A stretch of DNA of 64,000 nucleotides from Lysobacterales bacterium (GTDB lineage Bacteria; Pseudomonadota; Gammaproteobacteria; Xanthomonadales; SZUA-5): contig JALHMH010000015.1 of assembly GCA_022844165.1 (NCBI GenBank), positions 32,001-96,000 on the forward strand. The letters are read 5' to 3'. This document shows positions 9,369 through 19,636 of the stretch, in pieces. The first letter of the stretch is position 1, and each line of letters opens with the position of its first letter. The position numbers and the translations under genes are program-made. Below the pieces are notes generated by a model. That model ran no database searches, was not told the DNA's origin, and saw only the letters and a list, made by a program, of their open reading frames with translations.

Positions 9369-10160
9369 CTAACTTGTGCCCCGCTGCAAAATCAGTTCCA
9401 GAACGAACTTGCTACCGAAGAACGCCAGCAGCAGGACGGCCATGCCGGAGAGCGTGAATCGCACCGCCGTGCGTCCGCGCCAGCCGAAACGCCAGTGGCC
9501 GAGGATCAGGGCGCCAAACACGAGCCAGGCGATGATCGTGAGCACGGTTTTGTGCACCAGCTGCTGTGCCATCCAGTCGTCAATGAACAGCGCGCCGCTC
9601 AAAATCGTCAACGTCAGCAGCGCAAAGCCCGCGACAATCATCTGAAACAGCAAATTCTCCATCGCGATCAGCGGCGGCAGCGCGCGCAGCGCAGGGCCGA
9701 AGCGCTTCTTGCGCAGACTATGTTCTTGCCACGCAACGATGATGGCCTGCAGTGCCGCAATACTCAGCAACGCGTAAGCCGACAGCGCGATGGCCACGTG
9801 CAGTCGGATTTGCCAGCCGTTTTCGTGATCGTGCGGCGCGCCTGGCAGCCAGGCACCGGCCGGTGCAGCCAGCAAAGCGATCGGCCAGACTGCGACCAAT
9901 AGCGGCCGCGTGCGTTCCCGCAACCCGGCAACCGTCATTGTTGCGGCCATCACAAAAGCGACCAGCGACAGCATTCGAAAGAAGCCAGTGCCGTCGGGTG
10001 CACCGATGGGGCCGAATAACAACAGCCCATGGAGCACGCCGGCAGCGGTTCCGAAATAAAGTGCAGCCAGCGACGATTCGCCGCGCAGACCGCTGCGGAT
10101 CAGCAGTGCGGTGCCGAAGGCGTAACCGGCAATCAGGGCGAGAGTCAAGGCCAGGAGCAT
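9369..10160 (-). CDS. Cytochrome c assembly family inner membrane protein (YpjD/CcsA-like)
   Basis: 'LPPLIAMENLLF', 'HKTVL', 'GWRGR', 'FFGSKFVLE'. Confidence 0.85.
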   Translation of the reverse strand: MLLALTLALIAGYAFGTALLIRSGLRGESSLAALYFGTAAGVLHGLLLFGPIGAPDGTGFFRMLSLVAFVMAATMTVAGLRERTRPLLVAVWPIALLAAPAGAWLPGAPHDHENGWQIRLHVAIALSAYALLSIAALQAIIVAWQEHSLRKKRFGPALRALPPLIAMENLLFQMIVAGFALLTLTILSGALFIDDWMAQQLVHKTVLTIIAWLVFGALILGHWRFGWRGRTAVRFTLSGMAVLLLAFFGSKFVLELILQRGTS

Positions 10161-10331
10161 GCCGGGATAATAGGCGGCGAAGGCAACCCAGCGCGATGCC
10201 AATTTGCGGTGATCCATGGCATCGCCCTGGAGCAGAAGTACGGCTGCCGGCGCCGACTGCGATCATGCAAACCGCTCAATCTGTGCGCGATTGGCGGCGC
10301 AACAGCACGTTCGACGGCTATTCTTCGCGCT

Positions 10332-11210
10332 ATGTACACCCAATGCCCAAGCTGTATTACTGTCTACAAACTTCAGGCCGAGTCGCTGGCGCGGGCGCGA
10401 GGGCGATTCCGTTGCGGGCACTGCGGCGAGGTGTTCGACGGGCTCGAGCGTCTGGTCGAACGCTTGCCGGAGGAGGGTTTTATCGATCTGCCGGAAGAGT
10501 TGGCCAGCGCCACGCCTGTCGTGCTTGCAGTGCCGGCGATGCGCCCAACGCGACAGCCCGCCCTGGATTTGCGCGCCTCCGAGCCGGAGACGCGCCATGC
10601 GCCAAAGTGGAGTAGCGACTGGACAGAAGCGGTGCGCGAGGCAAGGCCGCCGTCCAGACCGACTCCGCAGGCGCATCGCCCGGAGCGTCACGAAGCGGCG
10701 CCGAGTCGTCGCGGTTGGTGGCTTGGAAGCGCCGCGTTGACTTTGGCATTGGGTGGGCAGATTGCTTTTGCCGAACGCGAGTTTTTGCTACAGGATCCGC
10801 GAACGCGGCCGATGCTCGATCGCGTTTGTGCGGCAGTGGGTTGTTTGTTGCCGATGCGCGAGTCGCTCGCCGATGTTCGACTGGTGTCGCGCGAAGTGCG
10901 GCCACACCCGGACGCGCCGAAAGCGCTGTTGATCAGCGCCAGCATGGTCAACGACGCAGCTTTCACGCAGGCATTCCCGATCGTCGAAGTCACTTTGTCC
11001 GATCTGTCCAATCGGCCCATCGCACAGCGTCGTTTTATGCCGATGGAGTACCTGGCTGAAGATGCCAGCATGAATCGCGGGTTCCCGCCTGGTTCGACGA
11101 CACCCCTGGTGTTTGAGGTGGCCGATCCGGGGCAGTCGGCAGTCGCTTTCGAGTTTCGTTTCCTCTCCGAGCGCCCGGTCCCGGCGCGGGTGCTTTTGTC
11201 GTGGCCATGA
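10332..11210 (+). CDS. Zinc-ribbon (MJ0042-type) and DUF3426 domain membrane protein
   Basis: N-terminal 'TQCPSC...RCGHCGEVF', one TM segment, then a DUF3426-like domain 'CAAVGC...RRFMPMEYL'. Confidence 0.85.
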   Translation: MYTQCPSCITVYKLQAESLARARGRFRCGHCGEVFDGLERLVERLPEEGFIDLPEELASATPVVLAVPAMRPTRQPALDLRASEPETRHAPKWSSDWTEAVREARPPSRPTPQAHRPERHEAAPSRRGWWLGSAALTLALGGQIAFAEREFLLQDPRTRPMLDRVCAAVGCLLPMRESLADVRLVSREVRPHPDAPKALLISASMVNDAAFTQAFPIVEVTLSDLSNRPIAQRRFMPMEYLAEDASMNRGFPPGSTTPLVFEVADPGQSAVAFEFRFLSERPVPARVLLSWP

Positions 11211-11219
11211 CAGTTGTCA
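11208..11219. promoter_or_regulatory. Palindrome TGACA-N2-TGTCA; candidate operator of the downstream two-component system
   Basis: Perfect inverted repeat ~80 bp upstream of the kinase start. Confidence 0.35.
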
Positions 11220-11300
11220 GGTGCGCAAGCTGACGCAGCGCACTCTTCGCTAGAACAAGCGCCGGGCAAGCTGTCCGCAGGCGCCAGAGACGGTCGAAAA

Positions 11301-12395
11301 ATGGAAGCAGCTGCAATCACTTCGAGAGATATGAAACTCTGGCGCAAAGCCAATCTGGTCTATCTGGTCTTCGCGTTTCTGCCGCTGGCGCTGAGCCCGT
11401 CGCTTCGAGATTCGGCCCTGGCGTGGTCGGCGACGCTGATTGCGATTGTGTTGTTTCTGCCGCTTTACTGGGTGAGCTACACCCAGCCTGCGCCGCGGCA
11501 GTTGCTCGTGTGTGGCGGCATTGCGCTGATCGGTCTTGCGCTGACGCCATTCAACTACGGTGGCAATACCATTTTGATTTACGCCATGGCCGCAGCGGGT
11601 TACGGTCAGCCTGCGAAGCGTGCCGTCGCGATCGGTATCGCGATCGTGCTCGCCTACGCAGCGGTGTTGCAGTTCTCCGGTCAGCAGCTGTTTCCGACAC
11701 TGATGCTGGTACTGATCGGCGGTTCGGTCCTGATGGGTGCCATCCTGGGCACTGCGCAAGAGCGCCGCAATGCCGAACTGAAGCTGACCCAAGAGGAGGT
11801 CAAACGTCTGGCGAGCATGGCCGAGCGAGAACGCATCGGTCGCGATTTGCACGATCTGTTGGGACACACGCTGAGTTTGATCGCAATCAAGAGCGAGCTG
11901 GCAGGAAAACTGATGTCCCGCGACCATGCCAGTGCAGCCGCGCAAATTGCCGACATTGAGACGATCGCACGCAAAGCACTGGGCGAAGTGCGCGAAGCGG
12001 TGAGCGGCATTCGCGCCACCGGTTTTGCCGCCGAGCTGGCGGCGGCACGACTGAGTCTGCTGAGCGCTGGTGTGTCACTGGATACGAAAATCGACCAGAT
12101 GCCGGCGCTGGCCAGCGAAATCGAATCGGCGCTCGCGATGAGTCTGCGCGAGGCGGTGACCAACGTGGTGCGGCACGCGGCCGCAGGTCGTGTCGAAGTT
12201 GAAATCGAATCCTCACCGCGTGCGTTGTTGTTGTCGATTAGCGATGATGGTCGTGGGGCAGCCATTGCACCGGGTAACGGATTGACAGGCATGCGCGAAC
12301 GGCTGGAGAAACTCGGTGGGCAATTAAGCGTCGATAGCGTCATCGGCGCTGGCACCCGATTGCGCATCTGGCTGCCGACAGCGGCCACAGCATGA
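11301..12395 (+). CDS. DesK-like sensor histidine kinase (HisKA_3)
   Basis: Multi-TM N-terminus; 'ERERIGRDLHDLLGHTLS', 'EAVTNVVRHA', 'DDGRG', 'GNGLTGMRER'. Confidence 0.93.
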   Translation: MEAAAITSRDMKLWRKANLVYLVFAFLPLALSPSLRDSALAWSATLIAIVLFLPLYWVSYTQPAPRQLLVCGGIALIGLALTPFNYGGNTILIYAMAAAGYGQPAKRAVAIGIAIVLAYAAVLQFSGQQLFPTLMLVLIGGSVLMGAILGTAQERRNAELKLTQEEVKRLASMAERERIGRDLHDLLGHTLSLIAIKSELAGKLMSRDHASAAAQIADIETIARKALGEVREAVSGIRATGFAAELAAARLSLLSAGVSLDTKIDQMPALASEIESALAMSLREAVTNVVRHAAAGRVEVEIESSPRALLLSISDDGRGAAIAPGNGLTGMRERLEKLGGQLSVDSVIGAGTRLRIWLPTAATA

Positions 12396-12997
12396 TGCGC
12401 ATTGTGCTCGCCGAGGATCAGGCGATGGTGCGCGGCGCGCTGGCGGCGTTGTTGACGTTGGAAGACGACATCGAGGTTGTCGCGCAGGCCGCCGATGGCC
12501 TTGAGGCTGAGCGTTTGGTGATGGAGCTCAAACCCGATCTGCTGGTGACCGATATCGAAATGCCTGGTCAATCCGGGCTTGATCTGGCGCGGCGACTGCG
12601 CGAATCCGGCAATACGACCCGTGTGGTGATCGTTACGACATTTGCGCGTGCGGGTTATCTGCGCCGTGCGCTCGACGCGGGCGTGCGCGGATATTTGCTG
12701 AAAGACGCGCCATCGAGCCGGCTGGCCGAGGCTTTGCGCGATGTCCATAAGGGCGGACGCGCGATCGCGCCGGAACTGGCGCAGGACGCGTGGCGCGAGG
12801 ACGCCGATCCGCTGACCGATCGTGAGCGCGACGTCCTGCGATTGGCGGGCGAGGGCTTGAGTTCGTCGGAAATCGGCGAGCGTTTGCATCTGTCCGCGGG
12901 AACCGTGCGCAATTATTTGAGCGAAGCGATCAGCAAGTTGAACGCGAGCAATCGCATCGAAGCGCATCGCCTCGCGCGGCAGCGTGGATGGCTTTAG
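12392..12997 (+). CDS. DesR-like NarL/LuxR family response regulator
   Basis: Receiver motifs 'LAEDQ...TDIEMP'; LuxR HTH 'LTDRERDVL...GTVRNYLS'. Confidence 0.95.
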   Translation: MMRIVLAEDQAMVRGALAALLTLEDDIEVVAQAADGLEAERLVMELKPDLLVTDIEMPGQSGLDLARRLRESGNTTRVVIVTTFARAGYLRRALDAGVRGYLLKDAPSSRLAEALRDVHKGGRAIAPELAQDAWREDADPLTDRERDVLRLAGEGLSSSEIGERLHLSAGTVRNYLSEAISKLNASNRIEAHRLARQRGWL

Positions 12998-13404
12998 AGC
13001 TCATGTCGGGTATTCGCGATTTGCCAACGCTGTTGCGCTCGATGTCGCCGAAACACAACGCCGGCGCCTATGTATTCGCGTCTGTCGCGGCCCTTCCGCC
13101 TCAGGCCATTGCATCCATGCGCGAAGCGGAGGGCCTCTCGGTGGTGCTGCCCGAGGCGGTAGCGAATGCACTTGGCATCGAATCGGGAATGCGCTGCGCC
13201 TGGATTACCTTGACCGTAAATTCGGCGCTTGAAGCTGTGGGCCTGACGGCAGCCGTGGCGTCAGCGCTCGCTGCTGCCGGCATTGCGTGCAACGTCATTG
13301 CAGCCATTCACCACGATCACCTTTTTGTGCCGTTCGAAGAGGCCGATCGAGCCCTGCGAATACTGCAAGATCTGAGCACCGCGTCGAATAGCCCTGACGC
13401 CTGA
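12988..13404 (+). CDS. ACT domain-containing protein (DUF2241-like)
   Basis: 'MSGIRDLPTLLRSMSP', 'SALEAVGLTAAVASALA', 'CNVIAAIHHDHLFVP'. Confidence 0.85.
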   Translation: MALELMSGIRDLPTLLRSMSPKHNAGAYVFASVAALPPQAIASMREAEGLSVVLPEAVANALGIESGMRCAWITLTVNSALEAVGLTAAVASALAAAGIACNVIAAIHHDHLFVPFEEADRALRILQDLSTASNSPDA

Positions 13405-13527
13405 GCATGGCCCGGTCATGCAGATCGCTGCGAGCCGACGACATGCGAAGATTCGGCGAATTTCTGTCACGCGATAGACAAACCTCTGCAAGACTCCCAA
13501 CGTCTCGAAGTATCCAGGAGGACGATC

Positions 13528-15468
13528 ATGACTTTGCGTCTATGGCGACGGCTGATGGCAGGTTGCGTTCTACTTCTTTCGCCAACGACGTTGATCGCGG
13601 CGGACCTGACAGCGATGACGCCAGGAGGTACTGAGTTCTTGCATCCGGCCGGCTGGCGACTCGAGCCATCGGAAGACATCGCGATACTGACCGCGCCTGA
13701 GGACAACGCGCGAATGGCAATCGCGCAGGTTGAAGCAGAGTCGGCCGATGCAGCGGTCGCCGTGGCGTGGGCGTTGTTGGGTGTGTCGCATACGCTGGAC
13801 GAAGCGACCGATCGTGACGCGCGATTCGGTTGGACAGTGATGCGTGCCTACCGGTATCGGTCGAAGGGCGAGTCGGATCGGTTTGTCCAGGCACTCGCCA
13901 TGCGCCAAGATGCGCATTGGTCGGTGCTGCTGCTGGATATCGCAGCGGCAACGATGAGTCGACGCGAGAAGCAGGTGACGCGATTCATCCAGAGCGTTCG
14001 CGCACCTGGCTACCAGCCGCCGACGTTACGCGACCGCAAGCACAGAGTTCTGTCGAAAGCCGATGTCGCGTCATTGGTCAGTTTCCTCGACGCTGCGCGC
14101 GAGACCTTCGGCATTCCCGGCATTGGTCTTGGGATCGTGCAAAACGACAAAGTGCTGTTCGCGGGCGGTTTGGGCGTCAGGCGCATCGGCCGGCCCGAAA
14201 AAGTCGATGCGCGTACGCTGTTCCTGACCGCGTCGATGACCAAACCACTGACTTCGCTGCTGCTCGCCAAACTGGTCGACGGCGGCAAACTGAACTGGGC
14301 GACACCTGCCCAACAGGTGTTGCCTGCTTTCCGTGTCGGCGATGCGCAGTTGTCCGAAAAAATCGAAATTCGCCATCTACTGTGTTCTTGCACCGGCATT
14401 CCGTCTAAAGATATGGACTGGATCTTTGCTGGCGACACGATGGACGCCAATGACGTGCTGCGCATCTTGGGCGAGATCAAACCGGTCGCAGGTCATGGCG
14501 AGTTGTACCAGTATTCGAATCTGATGGCCGCCGCAGGGGGCATCGTCGGTGGCCACGCCGCCGATCCGAAGCAGCCGCTGGACGACGCTTACGATGTGGC
14601 GATGCAGCGTCTGGTCTTCGATCCGCTCGGCATGCGTGCCACCACTTTCGACGCAAAGAAAGCGCAGCGTGGCAATCATGCTCGGCCGCATGGCACGACG
14701 ATCGACGGTGAAACCACCGAAGCAGCGATGGGTTTCAATGAAGCTGGTCACGCGATGCGCGCCGATGGCGGCGCGTGGAGCAACGTTGAGGACTTGCTCA
14801 AGTATTTGCGCATGGAGCTGGCGAGTGGTCGGCTGCCGGGGGGCAAACGCTATATCGCCAAAGTCCAACTGGATGAACGGTTGAAGCCGCAAGTTGCGAG
14901 AGGCGGTCCCGAGCAGTGGTACACAATGGGTCTAAAGACGGATCGTCAGTTGGGCATTCTGCAAGTGCTTCACGGCGGCAGCATGGCCGGCTACCAGGGC
15001 GAAGTCTTTTGGCTGCCCGAATACAATGCTGGATTCGTGCTGTTGATCAATGCCGATGCTGGGGGCCTGCTGCGTTCGCCGTTCGCGCGGCGCTTTGTTG
15101 AGATGCTCTTCGATACGGATCTTGGTGCGCGCAAGGAAATGGCGGACTTGCCGCAGATCATCGAGCGAGAGCGCGCGGAGTATCGCAAGGAGATGATTGT
15201 CCCGCTCGCGGCTATGGTCAGCGCCAATCTCGCGGAGCGTTATCGCCATCCAGAGCTGGGCGACATCGTAGTGGTAAGGCGCGGCGTCGCAACGGAGCTG
15301 AATTTTGGCGGATGGTCGTCCGCTGTGGCGTCAGTCACCGATGGCGAGCGTGTTTTTGTCGAGACGATTTCGCCGGGCGTATCGGGCTACCGTTTCGAAG
15401 TTCGCCGTCGCCAGCTGGTTCTGGACGACGGCGAACGCGAATACATCTTTGCTGCCGAGGAAAAGTAG
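13528..15468 (+). CDS. Secreted serine hydrolase (class C beta-lactamase-like) with extra N-terminal domain
   Basis: SxxK 'ASMTK', YxN 'YSN', 'HGG'; signal peptide. Confidence 0.88.
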   Translation: MTLRLWRRLMAGCVLLLSPTTLIAADLTAMTPGGTEFLHPAGWRLEPSEDIAILTAPEDNARMAIAQVEAESADAAVAVAWALLGVSHTLDEATDRDARFGWTVMRAYRYRSKGESDRFVQALAMRQDAHWSVLLLDIAAATMSRREKQVTRFIQSVRAPGYQPPTLRDRKHRVLSKADVASLVSFLDAARETFGIPGIGLGIVQNDKVLFAGGLGVRRIGRPEKVDARTLFLTASMTKPLTSLLLAKLVDGGKLNWATPAQQVLPAFRVGDAQLSEKIEIRHLLCSCTGIPSKDMDWIFAGDTMDANDVLRILGEIKPVAGHGELYQYSNLMAAAGGIVGGHAADPKQPLDDAYDVAMQRLVFDPLGMRATTFDAKKAQRGNHARPHGTTIDGETTEAAMGFNEAGHAMRADGGAWSNVEDLLKYLRMELASGRLPGGKRYIAKVQLDERLKPQVARGGPEQWYTMGLKTDRQLGILQVLHGGSMAGYQGEVFWLPEYNAGFVLLINADAGGLLRSPFARRFVEMLFDTDLGARKEMADLPQIIERERAEYRKEMIVPLAAMVSANLAERYRHPELGDIVVVRRGVATELNFGGWSSAVASVTDGERVFVETISPGVSGYRFEVRRRQLVLDDGEREYIFAAEEK

Positions 15469-15512
15469 CAGTGGCTCGCCGCAAACTGCTCGAGCGGCGA
15501 GCGCAACCTCCA

Positions 15513-17294
15513 CTACGGCGCGCTGATCGTGCAACCCGTGCGCGGCACAAGGTTGACCACGCGACGCGGCTCGCTGACAAAGCTGCCGATGCGATAGCCG
15601 ATCAGAGCCTCAGAGCAACTCAGGAACCGCACCGTTAGCGTGCCCACATCGCGAGTGACCGTCGGCGACGGTTGCCCGAAGGCGCCGCCCGTGCTTTCGT
15701 ACACACTCAACACCGCTTCGCGATTGTCGAAGCCGCCCGGCTGAGCGCACACCGAGGAACCAACTTCGGAGCGGCAACTATCCAGTGTGTACCACAGGTG
15801 GCGACCCGTGCCATCAGCGGCATAGGTGTACCAGGCGCCGACCAGACGGTTTTGACCCGGAATGGCGTGGAAGCTCCAGCCCTGACCGTTAATCGCCGGA
15901 TTAAACCAAAGACCGTCTGCGCTGGTATTGACGTTTGCTTCCAGAGGCACATCGCCGACGGGAACGGCCACGATGCCGAGCGGCTGGTTGATGCCATCGC
16001 CCACGGCGTACGCCGTCGCAATCGCCCCAGCCGGCAGATTCAGGGGCGCCAGGTCGATCAGATTGGCGGCGCCGTCAGGCGTTGCCACTTTAACATCGAG
16101 CGTGCCCACGGGGAGCTCCAGATAGCCGCTGGCCGCGCCGAATGGAACGTTCGAGAGCCCGGCCACGACATCGCCGCCGTCCGTGCGAATCGATACGGCC
16201 GTGCCCTGCGGCGTGTTGGCGAACGGGGCGGTGTGCGCGATTCGCAGCGCATACGTTCCCGCCGGCGGTGTGGTGGTGCGGTCTTCAAAACGCTGCAGCG
16301 CGAGTGGCTGCAGTGACCCATTGCCGACAGCGGCAAGGGTGTAGCTACGGTTGCCGTCCAGCTCGACAGTTCCGCTGATGGCTGCCGACGTCGACCCCTG
16401 CGGGAATACCTGAATGGCATAAGCGCCCTGTGTCAACGTGAGCTCCGGCGAAAACTGCCGGAATCGAAAATTGTTCAATATCTCATTGCCGTTCACAGTG
16501 ACCCGAACGGCTGTGCCGGCGAGGGTTTGAGCAAAGGGTGCAAAGTGAGCAACGCGGACTTTGACCGGACCGATTGCGAATGTGGGTAGGGGATTGCTCG
16601 GCGCGGCGCCAGTGGTAATGGCGGTGATACCAGTCGAGTAGCCATTGGCGCCGCCGGTTGCCACCAGCGTGAAAATGCGGCCTGCCGGTAACGACACGGG
16701 CTTGGGATCGATCAAGGTGGTGTTGCCATCGGGTGTGGCGATTCTCAGATCGTAGCTGGCCGCGGGCAACGTCAGATAGCCGCTGGCGCCACGGAATGGG
16801 ACACGGGCGAGGCCGCCGACCACGCCACCTGCGTTATCGCGCACAGAAACTTCGGTCGCCGCCAGTGTGTTGGCAAAGGGCGCCGCATGCACCACGCGGA
16901 CTTTGACCTGGCCGGCTGGCGGTGCGGCGTTATCGTCGGTCAGTGGCAGCAGGGCCAATGGCTGGTTGCCACCGTCGCCCACGGCAAGCACGGTGTAGTC
17001 GGTATTGTTGGCAAGATCTACCGAAGCACTGATCGCGACCGTCGTCGTGCCAGAAGGTAGAACTTCAATGGTGTAACGGCCGGCTGGGCCCAGCGTGAGG
17101 TAGTCCGTGAATTGTCCGAACACGACATTCTGCAGCGCGACCGCGCCGTTGACGCGGATGCTGACGCTGGTGCCCTGCAACGTGGGGGCGAAGGGCGCGA
17201 AGTGGCCCACTGTTACGCGGGCGTTTGCGAGCACATCGGTGCTTACGGTGGCCAGCGCGATCAATGCGCCAGCTGTCCATCGTTGATAGTTCAT
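15513..17294 (-). CDS. Secreted protein with four DUF4397-like repeats and an uncharacterised C-terminal beta domain
   Basis: Repeats 'RVTVGHFAPF', 'KVRVVHAAPF', 'KVRVAHFAPF', 'LRIAHTAPF'; signal peptide. Confidence 0.8.
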   Translation of the reverse strand: MNYQRWTAGALIALATVSTDVLANARVTVGHFAPFAPTLQGTSVSIRVNGAVALQNVVFGQFTDYLTLGPAGRYTIEVLPSGTTTVAISASVDLANNTDYTVLAVGDGGNQPLALLPLTDDNAAPPAGQVKVRVVHAAPFANTLAATEVSVRDNAGGVVGGLARVPFRGASGYLTLPAASYDLRIATPDGNTTLIDPKPVSLPAGRIFTLVATGGANGYSTGITAITTGAAPSNPLPTFAIGPVKVRVAHFAPFAQTLAGTAVRVTVNGNEILNNFRFRQFSPELTLTQGAYAIQVFPQGSTSAAISGTVELDGNRSYTLAAVGNGSLQPLALQRFEDRTTTPPAGTYALRIAHTAPFANTPQGTAVSIRTDGGDVVAGLSNVPFGAASGYLELPVGTLDVKVATPDGAANLIDLAPLNLPAGAIATAYAVGDGINQPLGIVAVPVGDVPLEANVNTSADGLWFNPAINGQGWSFHAIPGQNRLVGAWYTYAADGTGRHLWYTLDSCRSEVGSSVCAQPGGFDNREAVLSVYESTGGAFGQPSPTVTRDVGTLTVRFLSCSEALIGYRIGSFVSEPRRVVNLVPRTGCTISAP

Positions 17295-17593
17295 GGTCGT
17301 CTCTTCTTGTCATGTGGGGGTCACGATCCTGCTGGTTAGCAGAACTGGTTCGGGCGAAAACCAGACTGGCTAATCCTCAGGCGCTCGTGCAGCGCAGGCC
17401 GGCGTTGGTTCCAACCTGTGACGAAGCATGAAGAGTCGGGCATCAAAGCCCGATGCAATTGAGATCAATTGCGTGTGGGGTTTTCGTGCCGCAGGTGTCG
17501 AAGACAGGTTTGCGTTCTGTGAATCTGTACAGCGCCATCAGTCGCGCGCGTTGCAGAATCGAACAGCGCGTTTCGAATACGCACGAGACGCGG

Positions 17594-18109
17594 CTATCGC
17601 AGCTCCCGTGCTCGCTCGTACTCGGGTTCGGTGGCATCGGCGCTGGTGTCGATCCAAAACTGGCAGTGCCGAATCTGCACGGCAAAACGTCCATGGTAGG
17701 TTTGATCCGGGGCACCTGGAGTGATCACGCGCAGACGGTAGAAGCCCGCGTCGCTGCGCATATTTCCTGTGGCGATCGATACGGTGCGCTTGAAATCGAG
17801 ATCGGCACGCGCGCCTGAGCTGGCATCGCCCATTCCCAGCGTTGCAAACAACTCAGCGAAATGTGCGCCGATGGCCTTGCGGCCTTCGCGCAGTATCGGG
17901 TCGGCGCCGGAGTAAAGCTCCTGATAAATCGCATCCGCCGTATACGCACGAGCGGCCGCTTGTGCATCAGCAGTGCGGTAGGCATCGCGCAGGACCAGGT
18001 ACGGATCGCTGCTGCAGGCTTCGTTGAGTGAAACGGGCGATGCGTCGGTCGAGGTTGTAAAAGCGGTCGCAAGAACAATAATGCAGACTGCCGTTGCCCT
18101 GAGGTTCAT
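17594..18109 (-). CDS. Secreted SnoaL/NTF2-like protein
   Basis: Signal peptide; 'DAQAAARAYTADA...GRKAIGAHFAELF' NTF2-type pattern. Confidence 0.6.
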   Translation of the reverse strand: MNLRATAVCIIVLATAFTTSTDASPVSLNEACSSDPYLVLRDAYRTADAQAAARAYTADAIYQELYSGADPILREGRKAIGAHFAELFATLGMGDASSGARADLDFKRTVSIATGNMRSDAGFYRLRVITPGAPDQTYHGRFAVQIRHCQFWIDTSADATEPEYERARELR

Positions 18110-18178
18110 GGCGTGGGGTGTCGGTTCGGAGGGGCCATATGATCTGCATGATGTGTGCCAGCCCAAGCTTGAGCGGTT

Positions 18179-18619
18179 TCAATGTGGCTGCGCCAACAAA
18201 CGCCAACCCCAGGCGGTGCCAAGGATGGCCAGGAGCACGAACGCCGTCGCGAGAGCGAACCCGATTCGACTCATTCGGGCAGCCTCTGAGCCGCGCACAA
18301 CGGGCATATCGTGCATCAGGCGAGCGCCGCTGTGCGGATAGCGTTGCTCCCGGTGCACGCGCCAGGACGAGTAGCCAATCGATACGCCCGCAGCGGCGCC
18401 GACCAGGCCCAACAGGCACAAAGCCAGGCGCACCAGGGAGTAGAAGCGCTCCATGGCGGTGTCCAGTTTGCCCGATTCAATCCCGAAACGAATCGCAGCC
18501 AGCTCCCACTGCAGATACAGCAGCGCTACGACAGCCAAAGCACAAGTACCGGCGGCAATCCAAAGCAGGCGTCCCTTTTGGCGAGGATCTGCGCGATGGA
18601 TTTCGCCGGCGTCCATCAA
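18179..18619 (-). CDS. Hypothetical membrane protein (3 TM)
   Basis: Three hydrophobic segments; overlaps the upstream gene's stop codon. Confidence 0.6.
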   Translation of the reverse strand: MMDAGEIHRADPRQKGRLLWIAAGTCALAVVALLYLQWELAAIRFGIESGKLDTAMERFYSLVRLALCLLGLVGAAAGVSIGYSSWRVHREQRYPHSGARLMHDMPVVRGSEAARMSRIGFALATAFVLLAILGTAWGWRLLAQPH

Positions 18620-19632
18620 ATCAAGCCCCGTTGCGCCAGAACTTCAAGGACGCGCTTTTGCGTCTCCAGAAAATGTGCACGTGTGGGTGAACTGGTGGCT
18701 AACGTGTTTTTCGGGTGGACGACGCCCGAGTAGGTAGGTGCGAATAACTCAAGTCGCTGGCGTGCGAGGAAATTGCCCATGCCAGGTCGGCGCCGCCACG
18801 CACGTTGGGCATCCACGTCGATCATTCCGTTCGCCACCATCGACTCACCTGTTGCGGCTTCGGCCAGCGCCATGCCTTTGTAATCGATGAGCGTCGACAT
18901 CCCGTCCGTTGACTCTGCCGGAATGGGCGTGCCTTCGATGCCCGCTGAGTTGGCCGATATGACGTAAGCCATGTTCTCCAGTGCGCGCGCGCGTTTGGCG
19001 ATGTGTTTTTGCGTCAGCTGCGGGCTGCTCACTTCGCTGGTCGAGTGCACAAAGATTTCGGCACCACGCAAGGCATGTGCGCGAGCGATTTCCGGGTACA
19101 AGATCTCTTCCGAGGCGATCGCCGCGAGTTTCCCGATCGGTGTTGCGGCCACGGGGAAAATGCCGTCCCAGCCATAGCAGTCCAGGTACGCATCAAGCAC
19201 ATCGTGCGGCGTCGGTGCGAACATGGAGACCAGTCGCCGATAGCGCAGCACCAATTCGCCGCTGGGTGCGATCACAAAGCTCGTCTGAAAGTACAACGCG
19301 GGGAAATGATGGTCGAGCTCGTACGCGTTACCGGCGATATACAACTGCTCGGTCGTGGCGCATTCGGCCATCAGATCGTACAGCGGGTCGTCCATGGCCA
19401 GGCACGCCAAGGTTTGCCAATGTTCGATCGACTCACCTTGCGGGAAACTGGTCAAGAAATACTCGGGCAGAACCACGAGCTTCAGATCGGGTCCGATGAA
19501 GCGTTTGCTGGCTGCGATCTGCGCGACGACTCGCGTTGCCGTATCGCGCATGCGCAGACGCGCCGCATCAATGGCCATACCGTTAACCGCGAAACAGCGC
19601 GTCTGCAGCGCAAGAGCGAAAAAGCGGTTCAT
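18616..19632 (-). CDS. Nitrilase-related carbon-nitrogen hydrolase (atypical active site)
   Basis: 'VVLPEYF', 'LRYRR', 'IASEEILYPE', 'ARALENMAYVISAN'. Confidence 0.85.
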   Translation of the reverse strand: MNRFFALALQTRCFAVNGMAIDAARLRMRDTATRVVAQIAASKRFIGPDLKLVVLPEYFLTSFPQGESIEHWQTLACLAMDDPLYDLMAECATTEQLYIAGNAYELDHHFPALYFQTSFVIAPSGELVLRYRRLVSMFAPTPHDVLDAYLDCYGWDGIFPVAATPIGKLAAIASEEILYPEIARAHALRGAEIFVHSTSEVSSPQLTQKHIAKRARALENMAYVISANSAGIEGTPIPAESTDGMSTLIDYKGMALAEAATGESMVANGMIDVDAQRAWRRRPGMGNFLARQRLELFAPTYSGVVHPKNTLATSSPTRAHFLETQKRVLEVLAQRGLI

Positions 19633-19636
19633 CGGT

